The position numbers were made by a program, and so were the translations under genes. The notes under the pieces were generated by a model, which was given only the letters and a program-made list of their open reading frames with translations, was not told where the DNA came from and did no database searches. From assembly GCF_965248315.1 (NCBI RefSeq), contig NZ_CBDFIX010000001.1:107618-171617 (forward strand): a stretch of DNA of 64,000 nt, given 5' to 3'. Origin of the DNA: Ulvibacterium sp. GTDB taxonomy: Bacteria; Bacteroidota; Bacteroidia; Flavobacteriales; Flavobacteriaceae. Below, piece after piece: positions 10,080-18,920 of the stretch; the first letter of the stretch is position 1; each line of letters opens with the position of its first letter.

Positions 10080-11033
10080 ATGAAAGTCACAGATCATATC
10101 AAAAAAGCAAATGGAAACACTCTATTTTCATTTGAAATCATACCCCCGGTAAAAGGGAGGAGCATTCAAGAACTATACAACAACATTGATCCATTAATGG
10201 AATTTGAACCCCCATTTATAGACGTAACCACTTCTAGAGAAGAATATGTATACATTGATCGTGATGGACTGTTGGATAAAAAACTTACCCGCATGCGTCC
10301 AGGTACCGTTGGTATTTGTGCCTCAATAAAACATAAATACGACGTGGATACGGTTCCTCATGTGCTTTGTGGAGGGTTTACCAAAGAGGAAACGGAATAC
10401 CTTTTGGTAGATTGTCACTATCTGGGGATAGATAATGTAATGGCATTGCGAGGAGATGCCATGAAAGAGGAAAAATATTTTGAGCCTACCAAAGGTGGTC
10501 ATCCCTATGCGATTGATCTGATTAGACAGATTCAAAACCTAAACTGTGGGGAATACCTCCATGAAGTTGTGGAAACGGATCATTGCGCCGATTTCTGCAT
10601 TGGTGCAGCCGGTTATCCTGAAAAACATTTGGAAGCCCCATCCCTAAAAACCGATTTGAAACGTTTAAAGGAAAAAGTGGATGCCGGGGCGGATTATGTG
10701 GTAACCCAGATGTTTTTTGACAACAAAAAGTATTTTGAATTTGTTAAGCAAGCTAGGGCAATAGGTATTGATGTCCCAATAATTCCCGGAATTAAACCCA
10801 TTGCGGTAAAAAGGCATTTGCAGCTATTACCACCAATATTCCGAATAGATTTGCCACAGGATCTTATTGATGCCGTGGAGGCCTGTAAGGACAATAAGGC
10901 GGTACGGCAAGTTGGCATAGAATGGGCTATAGAACAGTCCAAGGAACTAAAAGCGGCGGGCGTTCCGGTATTACATTATTACTCCATGGGAAAATCGGAC
11001 AATATAAAAGCAATCGCAAAGGCGGTGTTTTAG
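10080..11033 (+). CDS. metF: 5,10-methylenetetrahydrofolate reductase
   Basis: 317 aa. MTHFR family throughout (FSFEIIPP..., ALRGD, GYPEKH, VTQMFFD). Confidence 0.9.
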   Translation: MKVTDHIKKANGNTLFSFEIIPPVKGRSIQELYNNIDPLMEFEPPFIDVTTSREEYVYIDRDGLLDKKLTRMRPGTVGICASIKHKYDVDTVPHVLCGGFTKEETEYLLVDCHYLGIDNVMALRGDAMKEEKYFEPTKGGHPYAIDLIRQIQNLNCGEYLHEVVETDHCADFCIGAAGYPEKHLEAPSLKTDLKRLKEKVDAGADYVVTQMFFDNKKYFEFVKQARAIGIDVPIIPGIKPIAVKRHLQLLPPIFRIDLPQDLIDAVEACKDNKAVRQVGIEWAIEQSKELKAAGVPVLHYYSMGKSDNIKAIAKAVF

Positions 11034-11036
11034 GTC

Positions 11037-11253
11037 TGTTAGATGTTGGATGTTAGATGTTGGATGTTGGATGTTAGATTTGATCCTGAGGTTTTGAAAT
11101 TTACTATTGCAACTGCTCACCGCCTACTTCTTTAGTTTCGTGCCAGTTTTAAATTTGTTTTAGTACTTCCAACTTCGCACTTCGCCTTTTGTGGAGTGTA
11201 TTTCCCACTTCTAATTTCGTATTTCCTATTTCGTGGTTACCTTTACATTCCAT
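11037..11253 (+). repeat. heptanucleotide-periodic tract (31 in-phase 7-nt units)
   Basis: TGTTAGA TGTTGGA TGTTAGA TGTTGGA TGTTGGA TGTTAGA ... GTACTTC CAACTTC GCACTTC GCCTTTT GTGGAGT GTATTTC CCACTTC TAATTTC GTATTTC CTATTTC. All units are in one 7-nt phase from the metF stop to the next ATG. Confidence 0.8.
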
Positions 11254-12349
11254 GAACCAAAGGTTAATCCCCATTTTTTTGATTTTGGCCTCATTTTCGT
11301 TCGCCCAAGATACGGATAGTCCTAAAAGATTTACTTTGGATATTGACCCGTTTTATGGTTCTATCCTCCTACATAATCCTGATATTACCCATTTAATAAC
11401 CGAGCATCCCACGGGCTTTATTGTCGGATTCAATCAAAAAACCTTTGGCGATAAAGAATGGCAGCAACTGTACAACTATCCGGACATCGGGTACTCCTTC
11501 GTGTACCAAAATATGAACAATAGTACTTTGGGTGAGAATTTTGGCTTATATGCCCACTATAACTTCTATTTTTTCAAGCGGAATTTACAGCTTCGGATAG
11601 GACAGGGTATTGTCTACAATACCAACCCCTACGATAAAAATCAAAACTTTCGCAACAATGCCTACGGATCCCACTTGTTAAGCTCCACGTACCTAATGTT
11701 GAATTATAATAAGGAAAACATATTTAAGCGGTTGGGTTTTAAGGCAGGGATTTCCCTTGTACATTATTCCAATGCCAATTTTAGGGCACCTAATACCTCC
11801 ACCAATACCTTGGCCTTTAATGCCGGACTTACATATACCTTGGGTGATGATGGAGAAGTAGAGTACATCAGAAGGGAAAAAGAGAAAGTTACGGAACCTA
11901 TTCGCTATAATGTTGCATTTCGTATGGGACTTAATGAAAGCGATGTTATCGATTTGGGCCAATATGGATTCCTTATTTTTTCTGGTTATGCGGATAAACG
12001 ACTTGGGAGAAAGAGTGCCGTCCAATTCGGGGCGGATATCTTCTTTTCCAATTTCCTTAAGGAATTGATTCGATTCCAGAGTACTTCCTTTCCAGAAATG
12101 GGAGTAGAGGAAAATACGGATTATAAAAGGGCAGGATTGTTTTTGGGACATGAGCTTTTTATCAATAAAATGTCCGTTGTAGCCCAATTGGGATATTATA
12201 TATATTATCCTTTCGATTTTGAGGGACGTATGTACAATCGAATAGGCCTAAAACGTTATTTTGGAAGAAAAGTTTTTGGCGCATTAACCCTAAAATCCCA
12301 TGGAGCCAAGGCCGAAGCATTGGAATTTGGAGTAGGGATTAGATTGTAA
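11252..12349 (+). CDS. acyloxyacyl hydrolase / PagL-like lipid A deacylase family outer-membrane protein
   Basis: Signal peptide MNQRLIPIFLILASFSFAQD. Resembles flavobacterial acyloxyacyl hydrolases (FYGSILLHNPDI, HYSNANFRAPNTSTN). ATG 11252 is preferred because the upstream extension reads through the heptad tract. Confidence 0.6.
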   Translation: MNQRLIPIFLILASFSFAQDTDSPKRFTLDIDPFYGSILLHNPDITHLITEHPTGFIVGFNQKTFGDKEWQQLYNYPDIGYSFVYQNMNNSTLGENFGLYAHYNFYFFKRNLQLRIGQGIVYNTNPYDKNQNFRNNAYGSHLLSSTYLMLNYNKENIFKRLGFKAGISLVHYSNANFRAPNTSTNTLAFNAGLTYTLGDDGEVEYIRREKEKVTEPIRYNVAFRMGLNESDVIDLGQYGFLIFSGYADKRLGRKSAVQFGADIFFSNFLKELIRFQSTSFPEMGVEENTDYKRAGLFLGHELFINKMSVVAQLGYYIYYPFDFEGRMYNRIGLKRYFGRKVFGALTLKSHGAKAEALEFGVGIRL

Positions 12350-12426
12350 AGTGCGAAGTGCAGAATAAAGAGATGCAAAAACCAAAGTTTTGAAATTAAA
12401 AATTTGGAATCTGGGATTTTTAGGTA
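12350..12426 (-). repeat. heptanucleotide-periodic tract, inverted relative to 11037-11253
   Basis: AGTGCGA AGTGCAG AATAAAG AGATGCA AAAACCA AAGTTTT GAAATTA AAAATTT GGAATCT GGGATTT TTAGGTA. GAAGTGC is the reverse complement of GCACTTC (11177-11183) and GAAATTA of TAATTTC (11212-11218). Confidence 0.7.
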
Positions 12427-13190
12427 GTATAAAATACCGTTTGAGGCTATTGCCAGTTTTGGTATTCTGTGCATTTCAATCTGCCTGTAATTCGGAAAAC
12501 GTTCCAGATTGTCTTCAAAATGCTGGTGATATTATCCGAGAAGAAGTTATGCTTCCCAACTTTTCTAAAATTACCGTTTTTGAAAATGTAAATGTGGTAG
12601 TAAAGCAAGGTGATACCCAAAAGGTAGAAATAGAAACCGGTGAATTTCTTAGGGAAGAGGTGACGGCCACCTTGGAAGGCGACCGATTACTATTGCGCAA
12701 TGAAAACGGATGTAACTTTTTTCGAGAGTATGGGTTGACTACGGTATATGTTACCTCTCCCAATATTTCCGAGATTCGAAGTAGTACGGGTTTTCCTATT
12801 CGGAGCGATGGGATATTGGCCTATCCAAGTCTTACTTTATTGTCCGAAAGCTTTGTAAACCCTGAAACAGAAACCACGGATGGCGAATTTGATCTGGAAG
12901 TAGATTCTGAAAACGTAAGTGTAGCCGCTAATGGTATCGCCTATTTCAGATTAAGAGGAGCGGTGCAAAACCTTAACCTCAATATTGCAGCGGGAGATTC
13001 TAGAATCGAAGCAGAAAACTTAATGGCAGAAAATATCACATTGAACCATAGAGGTTCCAACGATATGCTCATCAATCCACAATTGTCTCTGACAGGGGTA
13101 ATTAGAGGTACAGGAGATGTTATCAGTTTTAACAGACCTGCCGAGGTTGCCGTGGAGGAGATTTTTAATGGACGATTGATTTTTCAATAA
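12390..13190 (+). CDS. DUF2807 / head GIN domain-containing lipoprotein
   Basis: Repetitive beta-helix-like GIN-domain sequence (NFSKITVFENVNVVVKQGDTQKVEIE...) and lipobox FQSAC. Start is uncertain: TTG 12390 lies inside the heptad tract, and TTG 12441 would give (M)RLLPVLVFCAFQSAC. Confidence 0.65.
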   Translation: MKLKIWNLGFLGSIKYRLRLLPVLVFCAFQSACNSENVPDCLQNAGDIIREEVMLPNFSKITVFENVNVVVKQGDTQKVEIETGEFLREEVTATLEGDRLLLRNENGCNFFREYGLTTVYVTSPNISEIRSSTGFPIRSDGILAYPSLTLLSESFVNPETETTDGEFDLEVDSENVSVAANGIAYFRLRGAVQNLNLNIAAGDSRIEAENLMAENITLNHRGSNDMLINPQLSLTGVIRGTGDVISFNRPAEVAVEEIFNGRLIFQ

Positions 13191-13197
13191 CCACTGA

Positions 13198-14319
13198 ATG
13201 AAACCTATCCTCAAACTCCTTAAAAATTTCATGTCCCAAAAAAAGGTGTTGGGGAACGTTAGTGAATTACAAGGCTTGGCCAAGGCAGATGCCCTTTTAG
13301 CAACCTTGGTCAATGAATACAAGGTGCCAGGTATTTCCATCACTGTCTTAAAGCAAGGTGAAGTCCTGTTACGGAAAGGATATGGATATGCGGATTTGGA
13401 CCAAAAAACTCGAGTAGAGCCCACAAAGACCATTTTTCGTATTGCAAGTGCCTCCAAACCCATAGCAGCAACTGCCTTGGCTCATATGGTCCATGAAGGT
13501 ATTATGGATCTAGACACCTCATTTTATGCGTATGTGCCGTACTTCCCTAGAAAACAATGGGACTTTACCATTCGTCAATTGGCGGGCCATACTGCTGGCA
13601 TTCGAGGGTATCGCGGAAAGGAGTATGGACTCAACAAATCGTATTCCATAAAGGAAAGTATTACAATTTTTAAAGACGATGATTTGCTCTTTCAACCTGG
13701 AACGGATTATCACTACAATAGCTTTGATTGGGTATTGATCTCGCTTGCCATGCAAGAGGCCAGTGGTATGGCCTTTGAGGATTGTGTAAAACAAAAAGTA
13801 CTCTTACCCCTAGGAATGCGCCATACTTTTCCAGAGTATCCTGCAGATCATAGTTTTTGGGCCTTGGGAGAGAGGGGAACTTCTCTTGATTTCAACCTTA
13901 CAAGTTTTTACTCCAAAAATCGCCATGGCTTTCGAAAGTCCATTCCGGTGAACAACTATTACAAAATGGCAGGAGGGGGTTATCTTTCTACTGCGGAAGA
14001 TATTGCAAAGTTGGGCCAGGCCTATTTAGATGGCAAAATTTTCAGCAATGAAGTAGTATCACAATTTTTAACCTCTGGAAAGATTAATGGCAATCCTACC
14101 TATTATGGTTTGGGCTGGGAGGCTAGTGAAGATCAGAGTGGGAGGCCTTTTTATGGGCATAGGGGCAATGGTGTAGGGGGGTATTCCAATTTTTTTGTTT
14201 ACCCGGAGCAGCAGATGGTGTTCGCCATTTTGGTAAACTGCACGGATCCCAAGGTACAAACCGAGTTGGATGAGGTGGTGGATATTCTATCAAATTTGCA
14301 TGCCTCCCGGAATTTATAG
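13198..14319 (+). CDS. serine hydrolase, beta-lactamase/PBP4* (class C-like) family
   Basis: 373 aa. SxxK motif in FRIASASKPIAA; beta-lactamase-fold similarity throughout. Confidence 0.75.
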   Translation: MKPILKLLKNFMSQKKVLGNVSELQGLAKADALLATLVNEYKVPGISITVLKQGEVLLRKGYGYADLDQKTRVEPTKTIFRIASASKPIAATALAHMVHEGIMDLDTSFYAYVPYFPRKQWDFTIRQLAGHTAGIRGYRGKEYGLNKSYSIKESITIFKDDDLLFQPGTDYHYNSFDWVLISLAMQEASGMAFEDCVKQKVLLPLGMRHTFPEYPADHSFWALGERGTSLDFNLTSFYSKNRHGFRKSIPVNNYYKMAGGGYLSTAEDIAKLGQAYLDGKIFSNEVVSQFLTSGKINGNPTYYGLGWEASEDQSGRPFYGHRGNGVGGYSNFFVYPEQQMVFAILVNCTDPKVQTELDEVVDILSNLHASRNL

Positions 14320-15058
14320 AAATTTAGACAAATCAATTAAGAGTTTGAGAGTTTTAGCTGCATATGGATTGGTTTTCTGTTTTTGGGCAACGGTAAATTT
14401 ATACGCCCAGACGGATACTATGAATTTGGATAACTACGTTGAGGGAATTGAGGACGATCATAGCAATCTTGAAATCGGGGAATGGAAGAAATTAAAGTAC
14501 TTCGAAACACGGTTAAATGCTTCAACATCTACTCAAGAGGTGCAAGAATCGGAATTTAGGGATTACGCACGCGATTCGATCAAAATATTGAGGGTAAAAT
14601 TACTGGCGATCAAATTCTTGGAAAATAAAAACCTACTTGAATTGGATATTACTGAAAATCCCGACTACTATGTGGCTCTTCTTACAAAACTTAAGAAAAG
14701 CAACATAAATCGCTCGGAATACCTCTTTTTGGAAAACAAACTAGCCTTTTTGACCACGGAGGTAGTAGAAAACAAATACAAGAACAGTAAGCTGGTCATT
14801 GGGTTGCTTGGATTTGTCAGTATTGGGCTAGTGTTAGTTGTTCTTTGGATGCGACGTAAAAGAAAAGGTTTGCCAATAGTAGGTTTAAGCAAACAGGAAA
14901 GGAATATTCATGGCCTTATTCTACAGGGCAAGAGCAACAAGGAAATTGCCAATGAACTTTTTATTAGCCTTAGCACGGTAAAAACTCATATTACCAATAT
15001 CTACAGCAAGTTACACGTATCCAGTCGTGAAGAATTGGTACAAAAACTACAAAATTAG
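14300..15058 (+). CDS. membrane-anchored LuxR-family HTH transcriptional regulator
   Basis: C-terminal LuxR HTH (LSKQERNIHGLILQGKSNKEIANELFISLSTVKTHITNIYSKL) and one TM helix (LVIGLLGFVSIGLVLVVLW). Start is ambiguous (ATG 14270, ATG 14300 or TTG 14345). Confidence 0.7.
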   Translation: MPPGIYRNLDKSIKSLRVLAAYGLVFCFWATVNLYAQTDTMNLDNYVEGIEDDHSNLEIGEWKKLKYFETRLNASTSTQEVQESEFRDYARDSIKILRVKLLAIKFLENKNLLELDITENPDYYVALLTKLKKSNINRSEYLFLENKLAFLTTEVVENKYKNSKLVIGLLGFVSIGLVLVVLWMRRKRKGLPIVGLSKQERNIHGLILQGKSNKEIANELFISLSTVKTHITNIYSKLHVSSREELVQKLQN

Positions 15059-15138
15059 CACGGGTACTAGTACCTAAATCCGACTACTTCACATACCATT
15101 CTATTCTTTTCCGAAGGTTCTTTGTAGGAAACTCTTAG

Positions 15139-18100
15139 ATGACCCTAAAGCAATTTAATACGTGGAACATCCTTTTGGGTTGGACTGTTTTTGGTATCGC
15201 CCTTGGTGTTTATGGACTTACCGTTGAACCTACCGTAAGTTTTTGGGACGCTGGTGAATATGTAGCCACTTCTGCCAAATTACAAATTGCCCACCCTCCA
15301 GGGGCACCGCTCCTTCAGATGATTGGATCATTTTTCGCATTATTTGCAACGGCCCCCGAAGAAGTAGCGCTGATGGTGAATTATGTTTCAGTAGTATCCA
15401 GTGCGTTTACCATACTATTTCTCTTCTGGACCATTACGAATCTTGCCCAAAAGCTGGTCTTGAAAACCGAAGTGACTGTTAAGGGTCAATATATCGGCAT
15501 TTTGGGCTGTGGTGTGGTGGGATCGTTAGCCTTTACTTTTTCGGATAGTTTTTGGTTCAATGCGACCGAGACAGAGGTTTATTCCATGGCCAGCTTCATT
15601 ATGGCCTTGTTGCTATGGACAGGCATTAAATGGACGGATAGTTTACATACACCAAGGGGCGACAAGTGGCTTATTCTTATCTCGTTTATAACGGGCTTGA
15701 CCTTTGGTATTCAGTTTATGGGTTTTTTGGCCATTCCTTCTATTGTACTGCTCTTTTATTTTAAACGATGTAAAGTCATTACAATTAAGAATTTTGTCCT
15801 GGCCAATGTCCTTGCTGTGACCATATTGTTATTGATCTTTAAGTTCTCATTGACCTATATGTTGAAACTATTTGGATGGAGCGAGGTATTCTTTGTGAAT
15901 TCTATAGGGTTGCCTTTTAACTCAGGGAGCATCATTATGGGAATACTTTTGGTGTTCTTTTTCTATTTTACCCTTAGGTACACACAAAGAAGGAAATATA
16001 GGTCTTCAAATACCAGTATACTTTCTATCCTGTTTTTGGCCCTAGGCTTTTCCTCCTGGTTACTATTGCCCATTCGGGCAAGTGCGGATGTGGTAATCAA
16101 CGAAAATGATCCATCGGACGCACGTTCATTGTTGGCCTATTACAATAGGGAACAATATCCGAGCACAGATAGTCCTTTTTATGGGGCCTATTATTCGGAC
16201 ATGTTCGCTTCTGAACATCCTCCTAAGGACGATAGTCCAAAATACGAACGCGATGAGAAACTGGGAAAATATAAAGTTGTTAATCAGTATAAAGGTGCTT
16301 CGCAAAGCTCAAGTCCGGATCATACAGGTTTTTTGCCTAGAATGTGGAGCCAACAGAACGCTGAGAACTACATACGTTATTATGGTGTATTGGATTTTAC
16401 GATAAAACCTGAGTTCCAGGCGGATGTTGAATTGAGGGATGTGGTTCGGGATTTTCGAAAGAAAAATGCCGACGGACTCATAGAAGCTGACCAATATGTA
16501 GGTTTTCTAAGGGAAATGGACAATTGGATTATTGTGAAACCTCCTACCTTATGGCAAAACATCAAGTATTTATTCCACTTTCAGTTAGGCTATATGTACT
16601 GGCGTTATTTCATGTGGAATTTTGTAGGAAGGCAGAACGATGAACAGGGTCGTTTTGATGGTAACGGGGAATGGCTTAGTGGAATAAAGACAATTGATAG
16701 TTTCCGCTTAGGTAGTCAGGAAAACCTTCCTTCGGAAGACCTATACAATAAGGGCCGAAACACTTATTTCTTTTTACCGCTGCTTTTGGGAATCATTGGG
16801 CTTGTATTTCAGATTTCCAAAGACCCAAAGCAATTTTGGGTGCTATTCATTTTTTTTGTATTCACTGGAATTGCCATACAATTTTATACCAATCCGCCTA
16901 TTTTTCAACCTCGGGAGCGGGATTATTCGCTAGTCGGTTCCTTTTATATTTTTGCCATATGGATAGGTCTAGGGGTATATGGCCTTTTTGAGGAAATTAG
17001 AAAGTTTGTTAGACCAAAAATTGGCCTTCCCATTCTCCTCGGTATTTGCTTAATGGCAGTTCCCATACTTATGGCACAACAGAATTGGAACGATCATGAC
17101 CGTTCCAATAGGTATACGGCATTGGCCATGGCCAAGGCTTATCTTGATTCTACACAGGAAAATGCCGGGGCAATCCTATTCACCATAGGGGATATGGATA
17201 CTTTTCCGCTTTGGTACGCCCAGGAAATTGAGAATTATAGAACGGATACCCGCACGATTATATCAGGGTATTTAAATTTTTCATGGTATATAGACCAAAT
17301 GAAACGTAAGGCCTACGAAAGTGAACCAATTCCTTCCCAACTGACCCATGAGAACTATACCTATGGTTCCAGAGAAGTTATTTATTATGCCCCATTAACG
17401 GACAAGAGGTGGCCCATTCAAGATTTTTTGAAATGGGTAGCTAGCGACCACCCACAAACCAAAGTAAAAAAGTTGCTTGAAAACCAAGGAAGGGATATTA
17501 GCAATTTTTCTGAGGAATATTTGGATGCTGTATTTTATCCTACGAACAAAATACGAATTCCGGTAAATAAGGAAAAGGTCTTGGCAGCTGGGTTGGTCAA
17601 GGTAAAAGACGCTTCACAGATAGTCGATTATATCGATATTGATCTTCCGGAGACCGGCATCAGAAAAAGCAATTTAATCATGTTGGATATCCTGGCTAAC
17701 AACGATTGGGAGCGGCCTATCTATTTTTCCGGAGGAAGTTTTGATGAAGAGGAGTATATCTGGATGAGTGATTATCTTCAGTTGGACGGTCTTGTCTACA
17801 AACTGGTGCCGATAAGGACCAAAAACGAAAGTATTTTTGAGAAAGGTAGACTGGATTCCGAACTAATGTATACCATTGTCAAGAAATGGGAGTGGGGTAA
17901 TTCAGGAAGTCCAAACATCTACCATGATCCACAGACCCGAAAACAATTTGGAGTAACCCATCGTATAGTATTGGCCCGTTTATTGGAAAATCTTTTGGAG
18001 GAGAATAAATTTGAAAAGGCGAAGGAAATCATTGATATGGCCATGACCAACGTTCCAATGGAACATTTTGGATATTACACTTTTGTGGAACCGTTTCTTG

Positions 18101-18369
18101 ATGGGTACTACAAAGTGGGGGATACCCAAAAAGCCCGGAAACTATTTCGCAAGCTAAAAACCGTTTATCTAGAAAGGTTTAAATATAGTCTGGCATTACC
18201 CTCAGAAGAAAAGTATGATAACATAGAGGAGGTACTTGCAGATTTGCAAGCCTATCAGAGGCTCCTTGATATTCTAGAACAAAATGGAGACTCCGAAATC
18301 TATGAAAAAGAAACTATGGAACTTAATAGATATGTAAATAGGCTTTCTGATTTGTTAGATCAAGGTTAA
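15139..18369 (+). CDS. DUF2723 (TMEM260-like) polytopic membrane protein, putative glycosyltransferase
   Basis: 1076 aa. N-terminus VEPTVSFWDAGEY is typical of DUF2723; many TM helices; C-terminal TPR-like soluble part. Confidence 0.75.
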   Translation: MTLKQFNTWNILLGWTVFGIALGVYGLTVEPTVSFWDAGEYVATSAKLQIAHPPGAPLLQMIGSFFALFATAPEEVALMVNYVSVVSSAFTILFLFWTITNLAQKLVLKTEVTVKGQYIGILGCGVVGSLAFTFSDSFWFNATETEVYSMASFIMALLLWTGIKWTDSLHTPRGDKWLILISFITGLTFGIQFMGFLAIPSIVLLFYFKRCKVITIKNFVLANVLAVTILLLIFKFSLTYMLKLFGWSEVFFVNSIGLPFNSGSIIMGILLVFFFYFTLRYTQRRKYRSSNTSILSILFLALGFSSWLLLPIRASADVVINENDPSDARSLLAYYNREQYPSTDSPFYGAYYSDMFASEHPPKDDSPKYERDEKLGKYKVVNQYKGASQSSSPDHTGFLPRMWSQQNAENYIRYYGVLDFTIKPEFQADVELRDVVRDFRKKNADGLIEADQYVGFLREMDNWIIVKPPTLWQNIKYLFHFQLGYMYWRYFMWNFVGRQNDEQGRFDGNGEWLSGIKTIDSFRLGSQENLPSEDLYNKGRNTYFFLPLLLGIIGLVFQISKDPKQFWVLFIFFVFTGIAIQFYTNPPIFQPRERDYSLVGSFYIFAIWIGLGVYGLFEEIRKFVRPKIGLPILLGICLMAVPILMAQQNWNDHDRSNRYTALAMAKAYLDSTQENAGAILFTIGDMDTFPLWYAQEIENYRTDTRTIISGYLNFSWYIDQMKRKAYESEPIPSQLTHENYTYGSREVIYYAPLTDKRWPIQDFLKWVASDHPQTKVKKLLENQGRDISNFSEEYLDAVFYPTNKIRIPVNKEKVLAAGLVKVKDASQIVDYIDIDLPETGIRKSNLIMLDILANNDWERPIYFSGGSFDEEEYIWMSDYLQLDGLVYKLVPIRTKNESIFEKGRLDSELMYTIVKKWEWGNSGSPNIYHDPQTRKQFGVTHRIVLARLLENLLEENKFEKAKEIIDMAMTNVPMEHFGYYTFVEPFLDGYYKVGDTQKARKLFRKLKTVYLERFKYSLALPSEEKYDNIEEVLADLQAYQRLLDILEQNGDSEIYEKETMELNRYVNRLSDLLDQG

Positions 18370-18417
18370 TTCATTTTTTGTTTAATTAAAAATATATATC
18401 TTTAAACAAAAAAAAGA

Positions 18418-18885
18418 ATGAAAAATTTAAAACAACTACTTTGCTTATTTATTCTGAGCGTTTGTGCGGCCAACCTTTCCGCACAGGAAATCACGGTTTT
18501 TCCTGGAATGTGGGGTGATAAGTTTTATCAGGACAAGGAGCCACTTACTTGGAAAGAAATCGATGTTATTATGAAAGAGAACCAGGTGTGCGCCCTTCAT
18601 TGGCAAAAATCCAAGAAAAATATGATAGGTGCATTGATTGCCGGAACCGCAAATTTTGGTTCTGCTATTTGGCTACTTTCAAATTTGGATGATAATGAGC
18701 CGCTTACGGGACCGTTAATCGCTACTGCTGGCACCGGTATAATAAGCTCTATCTTTTTTCATTCAGCGATGAAAAATAAAAAGATGGCCATTTTGGAATA
18801 TAATGATAGTCTAGGGAAAAAAACATCTCTATTCTTAGCTCCTACCAGTAATGAAAATGGGATTGGATTGGCCTTAAAGTTTTAG
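18418..18885 (+). CDS. hypothetical exported/membrane protein
   Basis: 155 aa. Signal peptide MKNLKQLLCLFILSVCAANLSAQ and two hydrophobic helices; no family recognised. Confidence 0.5.
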   Translation: MKNLKQLLCLFILSVCAANLSAQEITVFPGMWGDKFYQDKEPLTWKEIDVIMKENQVCALHWQKSKKNMIGALIAGTANFGSAIWLLSNLDDNEPLTGPLIATAGTGIISSIFFHSAMKNKKMAILEYNDSLGKKTSLFLAPTSNENGIGLALKF

Positions 18886-18920
18886 GTTTTTGGAGGTAGG
18901 TAGAAACTCCTACAGAATAT

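Noticed and set aside
11037-11253. Heptad tracts (also 12350-12426 and 60059-60184) as CRISPR arrays or as coding sequence
   Set aside because: The units are 7 nt with no spacers and no cas genes nearby. The period is not a multiple of 3, and the ORF that reads through the tract (11189 start) only adds a non-homologous N-terminal extension to the PagL-like protein.
11693-12187. Long antisense or shadow ORFs (also 4001-4453, 13020-13463, 27557-28063, 28591-29019, 36349-36810, 37775-38218, 46785-47171, 52209-52685, 57998-59082 group)
   Set aside because: Each lies fully inside a well-supported gene on the opposite strand or in another frame. They have low-complexity or odd composition and no recognisable motifs.
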